DNA of 64,000 nt from Candidatus Woesearchaeota archaeon. Its GTDB lineage: Archaea; Nanobdellota; Nanobdellia; Woesearchaeales; JAFGPW01. A program made the position numbers and the translations under genes. The stretch is taken from assembly GCA_016935985.1 (NCBI GenBank), contig JAFGPW010000007.1, forward strand, positions 22,956-86,955, read 5' to 3'. The notes beneath the pieces are model-generated. The model was not told the DNA's origin, made no database searches, and was given only the letters and a program-made list of their open reading frames with translations. Shown piece after piece: positions 17,004 to 25,865 of this stretch; positions within the stretch are counted from its first letter, which is position 1; every line of letters starts with the position of its first letter.

Positions 17004-17816
17004 TCACAGGAAGATGAGGAGCGAGACGGCCATGACGGCCATGCCGGCGACGAGGCCGACGATCGTCAGGTGCTGCTCGCCGAACTCGCTCGCCGCAGGG
17101 AGCAGCTGGTCGAAGGAGATGAAGACCATGATGCCGGCGACCGCCCCGAAGAGCGCCCCGAAGAGCTGGTCGGAGAGGAAGGGCAGGAGCATGAGGTAGG
17201 CGACGACCGCGCCGAGGGGTTCGGCGAAGCCGGTGAGGAAGGAGTACAGCACCGCCTTCTTCCTGCTCTTGGTCGCATAGTGTATCGGCACCGCGACCGC
17301 GATGCCTTCAGGTATGTTGTGGATGGCGATAGCGAACGCTATCGCGACGCCGAGCCGGTGGTCCGAGATGGCGGTCATGAACGTCGCTATCCCTTCAGGG
17401 AAGTTGTGGACCGTCATCACAAGGGCAGTTATCAATCCGATGCGATACAGCTTCCTGAAGCTGCGGGCCTTTATCTTGTCGTCGAGGTCCTCGACGCAGT
17501 GGTAATGATGGGGATTCTCGAACGACGGGACGAGCCGGTCGATCGCCACGGCGATGAGGATGCCTGCGAAGAACGCGAGCACCGAGAGCAGGGGACCCCA
17601 TTCGGTGCCGGCGGCTCCAATGAAGAGCCGTTGCGATTCGCCGAGCAGCTCAGCGAAGGACACATAGACCATGACGCCTGCCGAGAAGCCGAGGACTCCA
17701 GCAAGGAACCGCTTGTTGGTGTGGCGCGTGCAGCAGACGAGGAGCGAGCCTATCCCCGTCGAGAGTCCTGCGAGGAGCGTGAGCGTGAATGCGAACCAGA
17801 CGACGCCGGGATCCAT
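17004..17816 (-). CDS. zupT: ZIP-family zinc transporter ZupT
   Basis: HNFPEGIATF and HNIPEGIAVAVPI motifs with about 8 TM helices. Lies 7 nt downstream of the DtxR-like gene. Confidence 0.9.
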   Translation of the reverse strand: MDPGVVWFAFTLTLLAGLSTGIGSLLVCCTRHTNKRFLAGVLGFSAGVMVYVSFAELLGESQRLFIGAAGTEWGPLLSVLAFFAGILIAVAIDRLVPSFENPHHYHCVEDLDDKIKARSFRKLYRIGLITALVMTVHNFPEGIATFMTAISDHRLGVAIAFAIAIHNIPEGIAVAVPIHYATKSRKKAVLYSFLTGFAEPLGAVVAYLMLLPFLSDQLFGALFGAVAGIMVFISFDQLLPAASEFGEQHLTIVGLVAGMAVMAVSLLIFL

Positions 17817-17822
17817 GGCGCA

Positions 17823-18254
17823 TCAGTGCTCCTTGCCGCCGTCCGGATGGGGGATGTCTTTTCCGAAGGGGCTTGTCGTCGGGTTGCCGAGGAACGCATC
17901 GAGCTTCCTGACCGTGCCGTCCGAGAACGCGTGCTCGAGCCGATGCGCCTCGGCATGCACGGACCTGAGGTCGCATCCCAGAAAGTCCTTCAGGAAGTAC
18001 TCGATCACCCGGTGCTTCCACTTGATCGCCTTCGCGCGCCGCATGCCTTTCGCCGTCAGGAAGACCGGCCCGTAGCGTTCGCTGCGCACCAGGCCTTCCC
18101 GCTCGAGCTTCCTGAGCATCTGGCAGACGCTCGGCTTCGATATCCCCAGGCGATTCGCTATCTCGGTCGTGTGGATGCCTTCGGCAGGATCCTCGAGCAG
18201 CTCATAGAATTCGTAGAGGGTACCGAGGTAGTCCTCCGTCGCTCGTGCGTCCAT
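17823..18254 (-). CDS. DtxR/MntR-family metal-dependent transcriptional regulator
   Basis: EDYLGTLYEF...TTEIANRLGISKPSVCQMLRKLEREGLV...HRVIEYFL...AHRLEHAFS. Confidence 0.85.
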   Translation of the reverse strand: MDARATEDYLGTLYEFYELLEDPAEGIHTTEIANRLGISKPSVCQMLRKLEREGLVRSERYGPVFLTAKGMRRAKAIKWKHRVIEYFLKDFLGCDLRSVHAEAHRLEHAFSDGTVRKLDAFLGNPTTSPFGKDIPHPDGGKEH

Positions 18255-18260
18255 GACGAG

Positions 18261-18278
18261 TTAGGTTTGGTTAACTTA
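18261..18278. promoter_or_regulatory. DtxR-operator-like half-site sequence (TTAGGTTTGGTTAACTTA) between the TATA box and the start of the DtxR-like gene
   Basis: TTAGGTT resembles the DtxR box half-site TTAGGTTAG. It sits between the TATA-like TTATATATAAATATA (18277-18291) and ATG 18254. The palindrome is imperfect. Confidence 0.3.
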
Positions 18279-18290
18279 TATATAAATATA

Positions 18291-18304
18291 GCGGCCATGG
18301 CCGC
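18291..18304. other. Perfect 14-bp palindrome GCGGCCATGGCCGC immediately downstream of nrdG
   Basis: Self-complementary sequence 3 nt after the nrdG stop (18307). Confidence 0.5.
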
Positions 18305-18306
18305 GT

Positions 18307-19008
18307 TCAGTAGTAGGTGACGAGCCGGACATCCTTGAAATGGGGCGCGAGCGCTTTCCTGAAGCCCTCGAACTCCTCCTTCGAGTAGCTGCCTTCCCCC
18401 TTCAGCTCGTTGTCCAGCATGTCGGCTGACGAGCGGAACTGCTGGAGCGTGTAGCGCTCGGCGCCGTGCAGCCATCTCCCGATCGAGAGGATGTCGTTTC
18501 CGTCGAGGAACTGAGGGACGACGGTCGTCCTGAACTCGTGCTCGATGCCGCTCTCCTTGAGGAGACGTATCGATTCCTCGACCTTCGCCATGTCGACGGC
18601 GGCGCCGGCGACGAGCGGGTACTTCTCCTTCGGCGCCTTGATGTCCATCGCCACGTAGTCGACGACCTTGCGCTCGATCATCTCCTTCAGGAGCGCCGGG
18701 TTGGTGCCGTTGGTGTCGACCTTGACGAGCAGGCCGAACCCCTTCAGCCGAGCGGCGAAGTCGGGGAGGTCCGGATTCAGCGTCGGCTCGCCGCCGGTGA
18801 TGACCACGCCGTCGATCCACTTCTTCTGCGCCACCAGCTGGTCGACGACCTCGTCCTCGTCGAGCGTCGGTAACTTGTGATACCCGACGACGAGCTCGGG
18901 GTTGTGGCAGAACGGGCAGCGCATGTTGCAGCCGGCGAGGAAGAGCACCGAGACCACCTTGTCAGGGTAGTTGTTCAGCGACGTCTTCTGGAAGCCCTTG
19001 ATCTCCAT
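18307..19008 (-). CDS. nrdG: Anaerobic ribonucleoside-triphosphate reductase activating protein (radical SAM)
   Basis: FLAGCNMRCPFCHNPELV (CxxxCxxC). About 230 aa. Adjacent to nrdD. Confidence 0.9.
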   Translation of the reverse strand: MEIKGFQKTSLNNYPDKVVSVLFLAGCNMRCPFCHNPELVVGYHKLPTLDEDEVVDQLVAQKKWIDGVVITGGEPTLNPDLPDFAARLKGFGLLVKVDTNGTNPALLKEMIERKVVDYVAMDIKAPKEKYPLVAGAAVDMAKVEESIRLLKESGIEHEFRTTVVPQFLDGNDILSIGRWLHGAERYTLQQFRSSADMLDNELKGEGSYSKEEFEGFRKALAPHFKDVRLVTYY

Positions 19009-19104
19009 GATACCACCTATCCACCCATCTCTTTTTCGAGAAACGATGAAGGGAAAAAAACGGAATGGGAAAAATGGAAACAGGGAACGGGAACAGAGGC
19101 GTGC

Positions 19105-21714
19105 TCACGCATGCTGGACCGCCTTCGCGCCCTTCTGCACATGGGAATCGGCCTCGCACGAGAACTTCGCCTCGTGCATCCGCTTCTCGAGGTACTCGGC
19201 GCGGTGCTTGTACTCCTCGCGCTTGCCCGCGTTCCAGTTCTGGACCGGCCGGTAGTAGCCGACGACCCTGCTGTAGACCTCGGTCTCCTTGCCGCACTCC
19301 GGACAGGTGGGCCGCTCGCCCTTGAGGTAGCCGTGCGTCCGGCACACCGAGAAGGTCGGGGTGAGCGAGAAGTACGGCAGGCGCGTGTTGTGCGCGATCC
19401 TCTTTACCATCAGCTTCGCCGCCTCTCCGCTCGAGACCGCCTCCCCGAGGAAGGTGTGGAACATCGTGCCGCCGGTATAGAGAGGCTGGATGTCGTTCTG
19501 GTGCTCGAGCGCGAGGATCGCGTCCTCGGTGTAGTCGACCGGCAGGTAGGTCGAGTTGGTGAGGAAGGGCTCCTCATCGCCCGCGGTGATGATGTCCGGG
19601 TACATCTCCTTGTCCTTCCTCGCGAAGCGGTAGCTCGCGCTCTCCGCCGGCGACGCCTCGAGGTTGTAGAGGTTCCCCGTCTCCTGCTGGTACTTCCTGA
19701 TGCGCTCGCGCATGTGGTTGAGCGTGTCGATCGCGAACTGCTTGCCCTCCTTTGACGCGATGTCCTTCCCCAGGAAGTTCAGGCACGCCTCGTTCATGCC
19801 GCAGAGGCCTATCGTCGAGAAGTGGTTCTTGAAGGTCCCGAGATACGTCTTGGTGTAGGGCATGAGCCCGTTCTTGAGGTTGCGTTCGACGATGAGCCGC
19901 TTTATCTCGAGCGACTGCTTCGCCCGGTCCATGTAGTAGTCGAGCCGCTTGTAGAAGTCCTCCTTCGTCTCCGCCTCGTAGCCGAGCCGGTTGACGTTGA
20001 GGGTGACGACGCCGAGCGAGCCGGTGCTGTCGCCGGGGCCCCACATGCAGCCGGGCCTGTTCATGAGCTCGTTGGTGTTGAGGTTGAGCCGGCAGCACAT
20101 CGCCCTGATCGACTTCGGGTCGAGGTCGGATCCGACGTAGTTCTGGAAGTAGGGGGTTCCGTATTTCGCGGTGAGCTCGAAGAGCAGCTTCGCGTTCTCG
20201 GTGTCCCAGTTGAAGTCCTTGGTCACGTTGTAGGTGGGGATCGGGAAGGTGAAGATCCTGCCGTTCGCGTCGCCTTTCAGCATCACCTCGATGAACGCCT
20301 TGTTGATCATGTCCATCTCGGCCTGGCAGTCAGCGTAGGTGAAATCCTGCGGCACGCCTCCGACGATCGCCTTCTCGTCCCTCATGTCCTCGGGGACCAC
20401 CCAGTCGAAGGTCAGGTTGGAGAAGGGGTACTGGCTGCCCCACCGCGAGGGGATGTTGAGCGAGAATATCAGCGTCTGCATCTCCTGCTTGACCTGCGTG
20501 TAGGTGAGGCTCTCGTTCTTCACGAACGGGGCGAGCAGGGTGTCGACAGAGCTGAACGCCTGCGCTCCCGCGAACTCCATCTGCAGGCAGCCGATGAAAT
20601 TGACCATGTGCTGGACCGCGACCGAGAGGTGCTTCGCGGGCTTCGCGTCGACCTTGTTCGGGACGTTGCCGAAGCCCATGGTCAGCAGGTTCTTGAGCGA
20701 CCAGCCGGCGCAGTAGCCGATGAAGCCGCCGGAGAGGTCATGGATGTGGACATAGCCCTTGTTGTGGGCCTCGGCGATCTCCGAGGTGTAGACCTCGTTG
20801 AGCGCGTAGTGGGCGATCATCTTGCCTGCCGCGTGCAGCATCAGGCCGGAGAAGGAGTAGTCGGTGTTCGAGTTCTCCTTCGTGCGCCAGCTCGTCTGGT
20901 TGAGGTATTCGGAGATGGTCGACTCGACGTCGATCACCATGTCATTCGTCTCGCGCAGCTTCTTGTGCTCCTGGCGGTAGAGGATGAAGGCCTTCGCGGT
21001 CTTCGCGTGCTCCTCCTCGATGAGCGTCTTCTCGACCTGGTCCTGGATGTCCTCGACGCTCGGGACGTGCTTGGTGTCGAACCGCTCCTCGAGGTTCCCG
21101 ACGATGATGTTGGTGATGTGGACCGCCATGTCGCGGTCCTCGCCGCCGACCGCTTTTGCCGCCGCGAAGATCGCGTTCGTGATCTTGCCGGGGTCGAAGT
21201 CGACGATAGTGCCGTCGCGCTTCTTGATCTTCGCGATATGGCTCTGCCGGGGCTGCTTGACCTTCGCCCGCTCGAGCTTCTTCAGCTCCTTCTCGAACTG
21301 GGAGGGGTCGGAGAATTTCTTGTAGACCGAGGTGAACCGCAGGTAGGCGACGTCGTCGAGTCCCTTGAGCTTGGCGATCACGAGGTCGCCGATCCTCTTT
21401 GAGGATATCTCGGTCGTGTCGTGCTTGTAGAGCTCTGATTCGATCTCATTGACGGTCTGATCGACCTGCTCTTCGGTTATCGGCCTCTTTTCGCATGCCG
21501 TGAGGATGCCTGCCTTCAGCTTCGCACGGTCGAAGTCCTGCTTGCTCCCGTCGCGCTTGAGGACGGTCAGCCGGACCTCTTCGATCTTCTCATAGGTGGT
21601 GAAGCGCTTATGGCAGGAGAGGCACTCCCTCCGGCGCCGGTTCGAGCCCGTCGCCTCGCTCTCGCGCTTATCGATGACCTTCGTGTTGTTCTCGTTGCAG
21701 TATGGACACTTCAT
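19105..21714 (-). CDS. nrdD: NrdR (Zn-ribbon + ATP-cone) fused in frame to class III anaerobic ribonucleotide reductase NrdD
   Basis: ATG 21714: MKCPYCNENNTKVIDKRE...RRRRECLSCHKRFTTYEKIE plus an ATP-cone, then a second ATP-cone (IKKRDGTIVDFDPGKI), the NrdD body, a C-terminal CxxC...CPECG and glycyl-radical RVVGYYRPV. There is no intervening stop. Confidence 0.9.
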   Translation of the reverse strand: MKCPYCNENNTKVIDKRESEATGSNRRRRECLSCHKRFTTYEKIEEVRLTVLKRDGSKQDFDRAKLKAGILTACEKRPITEEQVDQTVNEIESELYKHDTTEISSKRIGDLVIAKLKGLDDVAYLRFTSVYKKFSDPSQFEKELKKLERAKVKQPRQSHIAKIKKRDGTIVDFDPGKITNAIFAAAKAVGGEDRDMAVHITNIIVGNLEERFDTKHVPSVEDIQDQVEKTLIEEEHAKTAKAFILYRQEHKKLRETNDMVIDVESTISEYLNQTSWRTKENSNTDYSFSGLMLHAAGKMIAHYALNEVYTSEIAEAHNKGYVHIHDLSGGFIGYCAGWSLKNLLTMGFGNVPNKVDAKPAKHLSVAVQHMVNFIGCLQMEFAGAQAFSSVDTLLAPFVKNESLTYTQVKQEMQTLIFSLNIPSRWGSQYPFSNLTFDWVVPEDMRDEKAIVGGVPQDFTYADCQAEMDMINKAFIEVMLKGDANGRIFTFPIPTYNVTKDFNWDTENAKLLFELTAKYGTPYFQNYVGSDLDPKSIRAMCCRLNLNTNELMNRPGCMWGPGDSTGSLGVVTLNVNRLGYEAETKEDFYKRLDYYMDRAKQSLEIKRLIVERNLKNGLMPYTKTYLGTFKNHFSTIGLCGMNEACLNFLGKDIASKEGKQFAIDTLNHMRERIRKYQQETGNLYNLEASPAESASYRFARKDKEMYPDIITAGDEEPFLTNSTYLPVDYTEDAILALEHQNDIQPLYTGGTMFHTFLGEAVSSGEAAKLMVKRIAHNTRLPYFSLTPTFSVCRTHGYLKGERPTCPECGKETEVYSRVVGYYRPVQNWNAGKREEYKHRAEYLEKRMHEAKFSCEADSHVQKGAKAVQHA

Positions 21715-21720
21715 TGCCAC

Positions 21721-21736
21721 CACCTATATATGGTTG
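21721..21736 (-). promoter_or_regulatory. NrdR-box-like palindrome (proximal): CAACCATATATAGGTG
   Basis: 9/10 match to the core CwAtATaTwG of the NrdR-box consensus. Lies 7 nt upstream of ATG 21714. Confidence 0.5.
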
Positions 21737-21752
21737 TTGATGTTGATGCTGG

Positions 21753-21768
21753 ATACAATATCTAGTGG
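21753..21768 (-). promoter_or_regulatory. NrdR-box-like palindrome (distal): CCACTAGATATTGTAT
   Basis: 13/16 match to acaCwAtATaTwGtgt. Its centre is 32 bp from the proximal box. Confidence 0.55.
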
Positions 21769-21783
21769 TCTAATCGGCAAGCT

Positions 21784-21794
21784 CATATTTAAGC
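21784..21794 (-). promoter_or_regulatory. TATA-like box (minus strand GCTTAAATATG) for nrdR-nrdD
   Basis: AT-rich element about 16 nt upstream of the distal NrdR box. A start about 25 nt downstream would fall inside the boxes. Confidence 0.4.
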
Positions 21795-22057
21795 TTTTAT
21801 GAAATATAACACTGTAATTATATGGTATATGTTCTGACAATGCATGTTACATTTGCTGAAAACAAATGCGGTTCTGGCAGGAGAGGCCTTGGGATGCCCG
21901 GAACAGCCCTTCGCTGCCACCAGGAAATGACAGACATAGCGCCAGCAAGTTTTTGTCACGATTGAGTAGGTATTTCCACAAGTTTTTTAAACGCGTCCGC
22001 ATATCCGCCTGGAAACCCCCGGATTGGGGCCCTCAAACCGTACGACACGTGAAAGCC

Positions 22058-23710
22058 ATGTTCGACCAGAAGAACAAGCTCCCCGACCACCTGATCGGCC
22101 TAGGGAGCAAGGCGAGGCATATCCCGGTGATCCCTGAGACGAACCAGGGGCGCGAGCCGGATGTCAACACGCGCATCGTCGGCCTGTTCGGCGGCCGCGG
22201 GACCCGGATGTATGTCTATGTCCAGGCACGGTTCCCTGATACGGCCATCTACCTGGACAAGGAGAAGACGAAGCGGCGGAAGGTGAAGGCGGGGACTGCC
22301 GCAGTCTTCCTCGACGACCTCCTCGACATGCACCAGTTCAGGAACGAGGGGTTCATACGCTCGAAGCCCGCGGTGCCGGTGCTCGGGGAGGACAGCCGGT
22401 TCGTGGATTTCATCATGACCCAGGCATACTATGCGAAGGATGTCTTCAGGACCGATTCCTTCCTCGCCATCCATCAGCACGAGCCCTTCTCGTTCAAGAT
22501 CCACCTGCACGACGCGTTCGGCAAGTCCCGGGGACGGTTCGATCTCGTGAACACCCAGCCCCATTCCGAGGGCTCCTGGTACCAGGGAACTGGCCATGCC
22601 CTCCTGATGAACTGGGACAAGATCTTCAGGAACAACCCGAAATACATCATCAAGCTCAACGGCGACGCCGCGACCAACCGCGACCTCGGCGACATGATGA
22701 CCTATTTCCTCGACGGTGACAAGGATGCGGTGCTCGGCGTCCGGAGGATCGGGGACCGTGCGGCCCTTGCCGAGTTCGGCACCGTCCAGACGATCGCCGG
22801 GAACCGCATCGTCAAGTTCTCCGAGAAGCTCCCGGATCCCCCATCGAATCTCGTGAATGAGGATATCTACATCATCAAGTCAGACGTCCTTAAGGATATC
22901 CTGCTTGAGATGGAGGCATCGAACGCCGCTGAAGGGAAGCAGAACTGGGACCTCTCGCGGTTCCTCGAGAAGCACATCGGAGACTACCGCTTCTATGCCC
23001 ATGAGGACACCCGGAAGCGTACCGGGAACGTGCTGCCGTTCTGGGACGACGTCGGCAAGGTCTCGACCATGCGGAGCGTCCATGACAAGTGGCTTTCCGC
23101 ATTCCATCTGTATTACCATGAGAAGGACCGTCCGCTGCTCGGCCTCACGAACGCCATCCCAAAGCACGAGATCAGCAGGGGGGTGCCGAGCGACTACCTC
23201 GAGCAGGGCAGGTACTTCCCCGGCCTCTCCGCAGAGGAGGCCGAGCGGCTCCATACGGTGCTCACCTTCAACCTCACCTCGCACAGCTCATGCCTGTATT
23301 CGGAGCAGGTGCTGGGCTCGGTCCTCTTCCCTGGGGTATCGATCGACGCCGGTTCCTCGGTCGTCTATTCCATCCTCATGCACAACGCGAACGTCTCCGG
23401 CAGCACGGTCGCGAACACCCTCACCGACAAGAACGTCGTCTTCGATGGCGAGAACCAGGTGGGCATCGCGCTCGAGAGCACGCGCATCAACCAGTACTTC
23501 CCCGACATCGGCGGCCTGACCCTCCTCGGCAGGCAGGTGCGAGTGCCGAAGGGATACACGATCGGCAGGTCGGTGCTCATCTTCCCCGAGGCGAAGGGCG
23601 ACGACTTCGACCATTACCTGCTCGACGACAGGATCCGCCGGACGAAGGACAGGACGATCCCCGACGGCGCTGTCGTCATGCACGGGCTGAAGAACGAGTT
23701 CCGGATCTGA
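22058..23710 (+). CDS. GlgC-like sugar-1-phosphate nucleotidyltransferase with left-handed beta-helix C-terminus (divergent, with insertions)
   Basis: VGLFGGRGTRM (GGxGxR), KPAVPVLG, WYQGTGHAL, and a C-terminal hexapeptide-repeat-like region. ATG 22058, with TTTTTAAA about 70 nt upstream. Confidence 0.7.
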   Translation: MFDQKNKLPDHLIGLGSKARHIPVIPETNQGREPDVNTRIVGLFGGRGTRMYVYVQARFPDTAIYLDKEKTKRRKVKAGTAAVFLDDLLDMHQFRNEGFIRSKPAVPVLGEDSRFVDFIMTQAYYAKDVFRTDSFLAIHQHEPFSFKIHLHDAFGKSRGRFDLVNTQPHSEGSWYQGTGHALLMNWDKIFRNNPKYIIKLNGDAATNRDLGDMMTYFLDGDKDAVLGVRRIGDRAALAEFGTVQTIAGNRIVKFSEKLPDPPSNLVNEDIYIIKSDVLKDILLEMEASNAAEGKQNWDLSRFLEKHIGDYRFYAHEDTRKRTGNVLPFWDDVGKVSTMRSVHDKWLSAFHLYYHEKDRPLLGLTNAIPKHEISRGVPSDYLEQGRYFPGLSAEEAERLHTVLTFNLTSHSSCLYSEQVLGSVLFPGVSIDAGSSVVYSILMHNANVSGSTVANTLTDKNVVFDGENQVGIALESTRINQYFPDIGGLTLLGRQVRVPKGYTIGRSVLIFPEAKGDDFDHYLLDDRIRRTKDRTIPDGAVVMHGLKNEFRI

Positions 23711-23722
23711 TGACGGCGAAGT

Positions 23723-24655
23723 CTAGGCGGCGCCGCACTGCCTCTTGATCCACGCCCACTGCGAATCGACCTTCTGCTGGAGCGCGTCCACGATGTGCCT
23801 GTTCTCCGGCACCATCAGGTGGGCGAACCTGCGCTGCATCTTGAGCCATTCGACGACCGGCTTCTTGTTGTCCTTGGGGTCGTAGTTGAGCTTCCAGACG
23901 TCGTCCTCGATCTCGAAGAGGGGCCAGAAACAGGTATCGGTCGCCATCTTCGCGACCGCGATCGTCTGGTCGGAATTATACTTCCAGCCGGGCACGCACG
24001 GCGAGAGCACGTTGATGAAGGCAGGGCCCTTCTTCTCGAAGGCCTTCTTCGCCTTCATGAATAGGTCGTTCCAGTTGTGGGGCGATCCTTGCGCGACGTA
24101 CGGGATGTGGTGGCCCGCGACGACAGCGGTGAGATCCTTCTTGAACTGCTCTTTCCCCTTGTGGACCTTGCCCACCTGGCTCGTGTTCGTCCACGCGCCG
24201 TACGGGGTCGATGAGGAGCGCTGGATGCCGGTGTGCATGTAGCCTTCGTTGTCGAGACAGACGTAGACTATGTCGTGGCCGCGCTCGAGCATGCCGGAGA
24301 GCGACTGCAGGCCGATGTCGTACGTGCCGCCGTCGCCGCCCATCGCGAGGAACTTCACTTCCTTGTCCCCGCCGGGGAGCCTCCCCTTCCGCTTGAGCGC
24401 CTTGTAGGCCGCCTCCACGCCTGACATCGTCGCCGCCACGTTCTCGAACGCGTTGTGGATCCACGGGACCTTCCATGAGGTGTAGGGGTAGATGGTCGTC
24501 GAGACCTCGAGGCAGCCGGTGGCGGTCCCGACGACGATCGGATGGTCGGTCGCGCGGGTCACGATGCGCGTGATGATCGGGAGGCCGCAGCCGGGGCAGA
24601 GCCGGTGGCCTGACGCGATGCGGTCCTCGCCCGTGCTCATCTCCTTGAGGTTCAT
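23723..24655 (-). CDS. porB: Pyruvate:ferredoxin oxidoreductase, beta subunit
   Basis: ATG 24655: MNLKEMSTGEDRIASGHRLCPGCG...AMGGDGGTYDIG (TPP site). ATGA overlap with the porA stop. The longer track ORF is an Arg-rich artefact. Confidence 0.9.
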   Translation of the reverse strand: MNLKEMSTGEDRIASGHRLCPGCGLPIITRIVTRATDHPIVVGTATGCLEVSTTIYPYTSWKVPWIHNAFENVAATMSGVEAAYKALKRKGRLPGGDKEVKFLAMGGDGGTYDIGLQSLSGMLERGHDIVYVCLDNEGYMHTGIQRSSSTPYGAWTNTSQVGKVHKGKEQFKKDLTAVVAGHHIPYVAQGSPHNWNDLFMKAKKAFEKKGPAFINVLSPCVPGWKYNSDQTIAVAKMATDTCFWPLFEIEDDVWKLNYDPKDNKKPVVEWLKMQRRFAHLMVPENRHIVDALQQKVDSQWAWIKRQCGAA

Positions 24656-25836
24656 CGGCGCACCCCCGACAGCCTGACAAGCGCGCCGGTCTCGCCCCCC
24701 TTCACCTTCTCGAGGTCGTCGTACATCTGATATATCTGGTTGAGGTCGAGCTCGCGGCCGCCGAGGCCGTAGAGGTAGTCGATGATGCGCGGCGTATCCC
24801 TCGACTCGTGGAAGGCGGACCTGACTTCGGTGAAGACCGGGCCGCCGAGGGCGCCGAAGGAGGCCGAGCGGTCGAGGACCGCGACCGCCTTCGTCTTCCC
24901 GAGGTGCCTTGTCACCTCGTCCGCCATGAACGGCCGGAAGACGCGCATCTTGAGGAGGCCGACCTTCCTCCCTTTCGCGCGCAGGTCGTCCACCACCACC
25001 TTGATGGTGCCGCACGACGAGCCGGCGGCGACGAGGCACATCTCAGCGTCCTCCATGCGGTAAGGCTCGAAGTAGTCGTACTGCCTGCCGCTGATGCCGG
25101 AGAACTCCGAGAAGACCCTCCTGATCACGCCTTTCGCGCTCTCCATCGCGTCGAGCTGCTGCGCCTTGTGCTCGAAGTAGTAGTCGAACAGGTCGAGAGG
25201 GCCGCTCGTCACCGGATGGGCGGTGTCAAGCAGCGGATGGTGCCCCTGGTGCTCGCCCACGAACGCCTTCGCGCTTCGGTCATCGATGGCCTCCATGGTC
25301 TCGACCGAATGCGAGGTGATGAAGCCGTCCTGGCAGACCATCACCGGCAGGAAGACGCCCTCGTCCTCGGCGATCCTCATCGCCATCAGCGTGTTGTCAT
25401 AGACGTCCTGCGCGTTCTCCGAGAAGAGCTGTATCCAGCCCGTGTCGCGGCAGCCCATGCTGTCGGAGTGGTCGCAGTGGATGTTGATCGGCCCCGAGAG
25501 CGCGCGGTTCACCACGTTCATGACGATCGGCAACCGGTTCGACGCGGCGATGTAGACGATCTCCCACATGAGCGCGAGCCCGTTCGCGGCGGTCGCCGTC
25601 ATCGCGCGGGCGCCCGCGGCGGATGCCCCGACGCACGCGCTCATCGCCGAGTGCTCGGACTCGACCGTGATGAGCTCGGTGCCGACGTCGCCGTCGGCGA
25701 CGTACTGCGAGAACTCGTGCATTATCTCGGTCTGCGGCGTGATCGGATACGCGGCGACGACATCAGGGTCGATCTGCCGCATCGCCTCTGCCGCCGCCGT
25801 CGCGCCGGTGTATGCCACGCGTTTCTTCTCTGCCAT
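24652..25836 (-). CDS. porA: Pyruvate:ferredoxin oxidoreductase, alpha subunit
   Basis: ATG 25836: MAEKKRVAYTGATAAAEAMRQIDPDVVAAYPITPQTEIM... Confidence 0.9.
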   Translation of the reverse strand: MAEKKRVAYTGATAAAEAMRQIDPDVVAAYPITPQTEIMHEFSQYVADGDVGTELITVESEHSAMSACVGASAAGARAMTATAANGLALMWEIVYIAASNRLPIVMNVVNRALSGPINIHCDHSDSMGCRDTGWIQLFSENAQDVYDNTLMAMRIAEDEGVFLPVMVCQDGFITSHSVETMEAIDDRSAKAFVGEHQGHHPLLDTAHPVTSGPLDLFDYYFEHKAQQLDAMESAKGVIRRVFSEFSGISGRQYDYFEPYRMEDAEMCLVAAGSSCGTIKVVVDDLRAKGRKVGLLKMRVFRPFMADEVTRHLGKTKAVAVLDRSASFGALGGPVFTEVRSAFHESRDTPRIIDYLYGLGGRELDLNQIYQMYDDLEKVKGGETGALVRLSGVRR

Positions 25837-25865
25837 GGTGATCATCGGTCCTTGGAGCGTAACCC

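Noticed and set aside
19105-21714. Inteins in NrdD, aEF-2 or PolB, which are common intein hosts in archaea.
   Set aside because: Protein lengths are normal apart from the NrdR fusion. The catalytic motifs are contiguous (YGDTDS in PolB, G-domain motifs in EF-2, glycyl-radical region in NrdD). No Cys/Ser...HN splice-junction blocks were seen.
23723-25039. N-terminally extended track ORFs for porB (438 aa), porA (425 aa), the GlgC-like gene (start 21866), GH15 (start 31146), ndk (start 52063) and EF-2 (start 51311).
   Set aside because: The extensions are Arg/Pro/Gly-rich, overlap the upstream genes and lack homology. Internal ATGs reproduce the canonical N-termini and give ATGA/TGATG coupling or correct TATA spacing.
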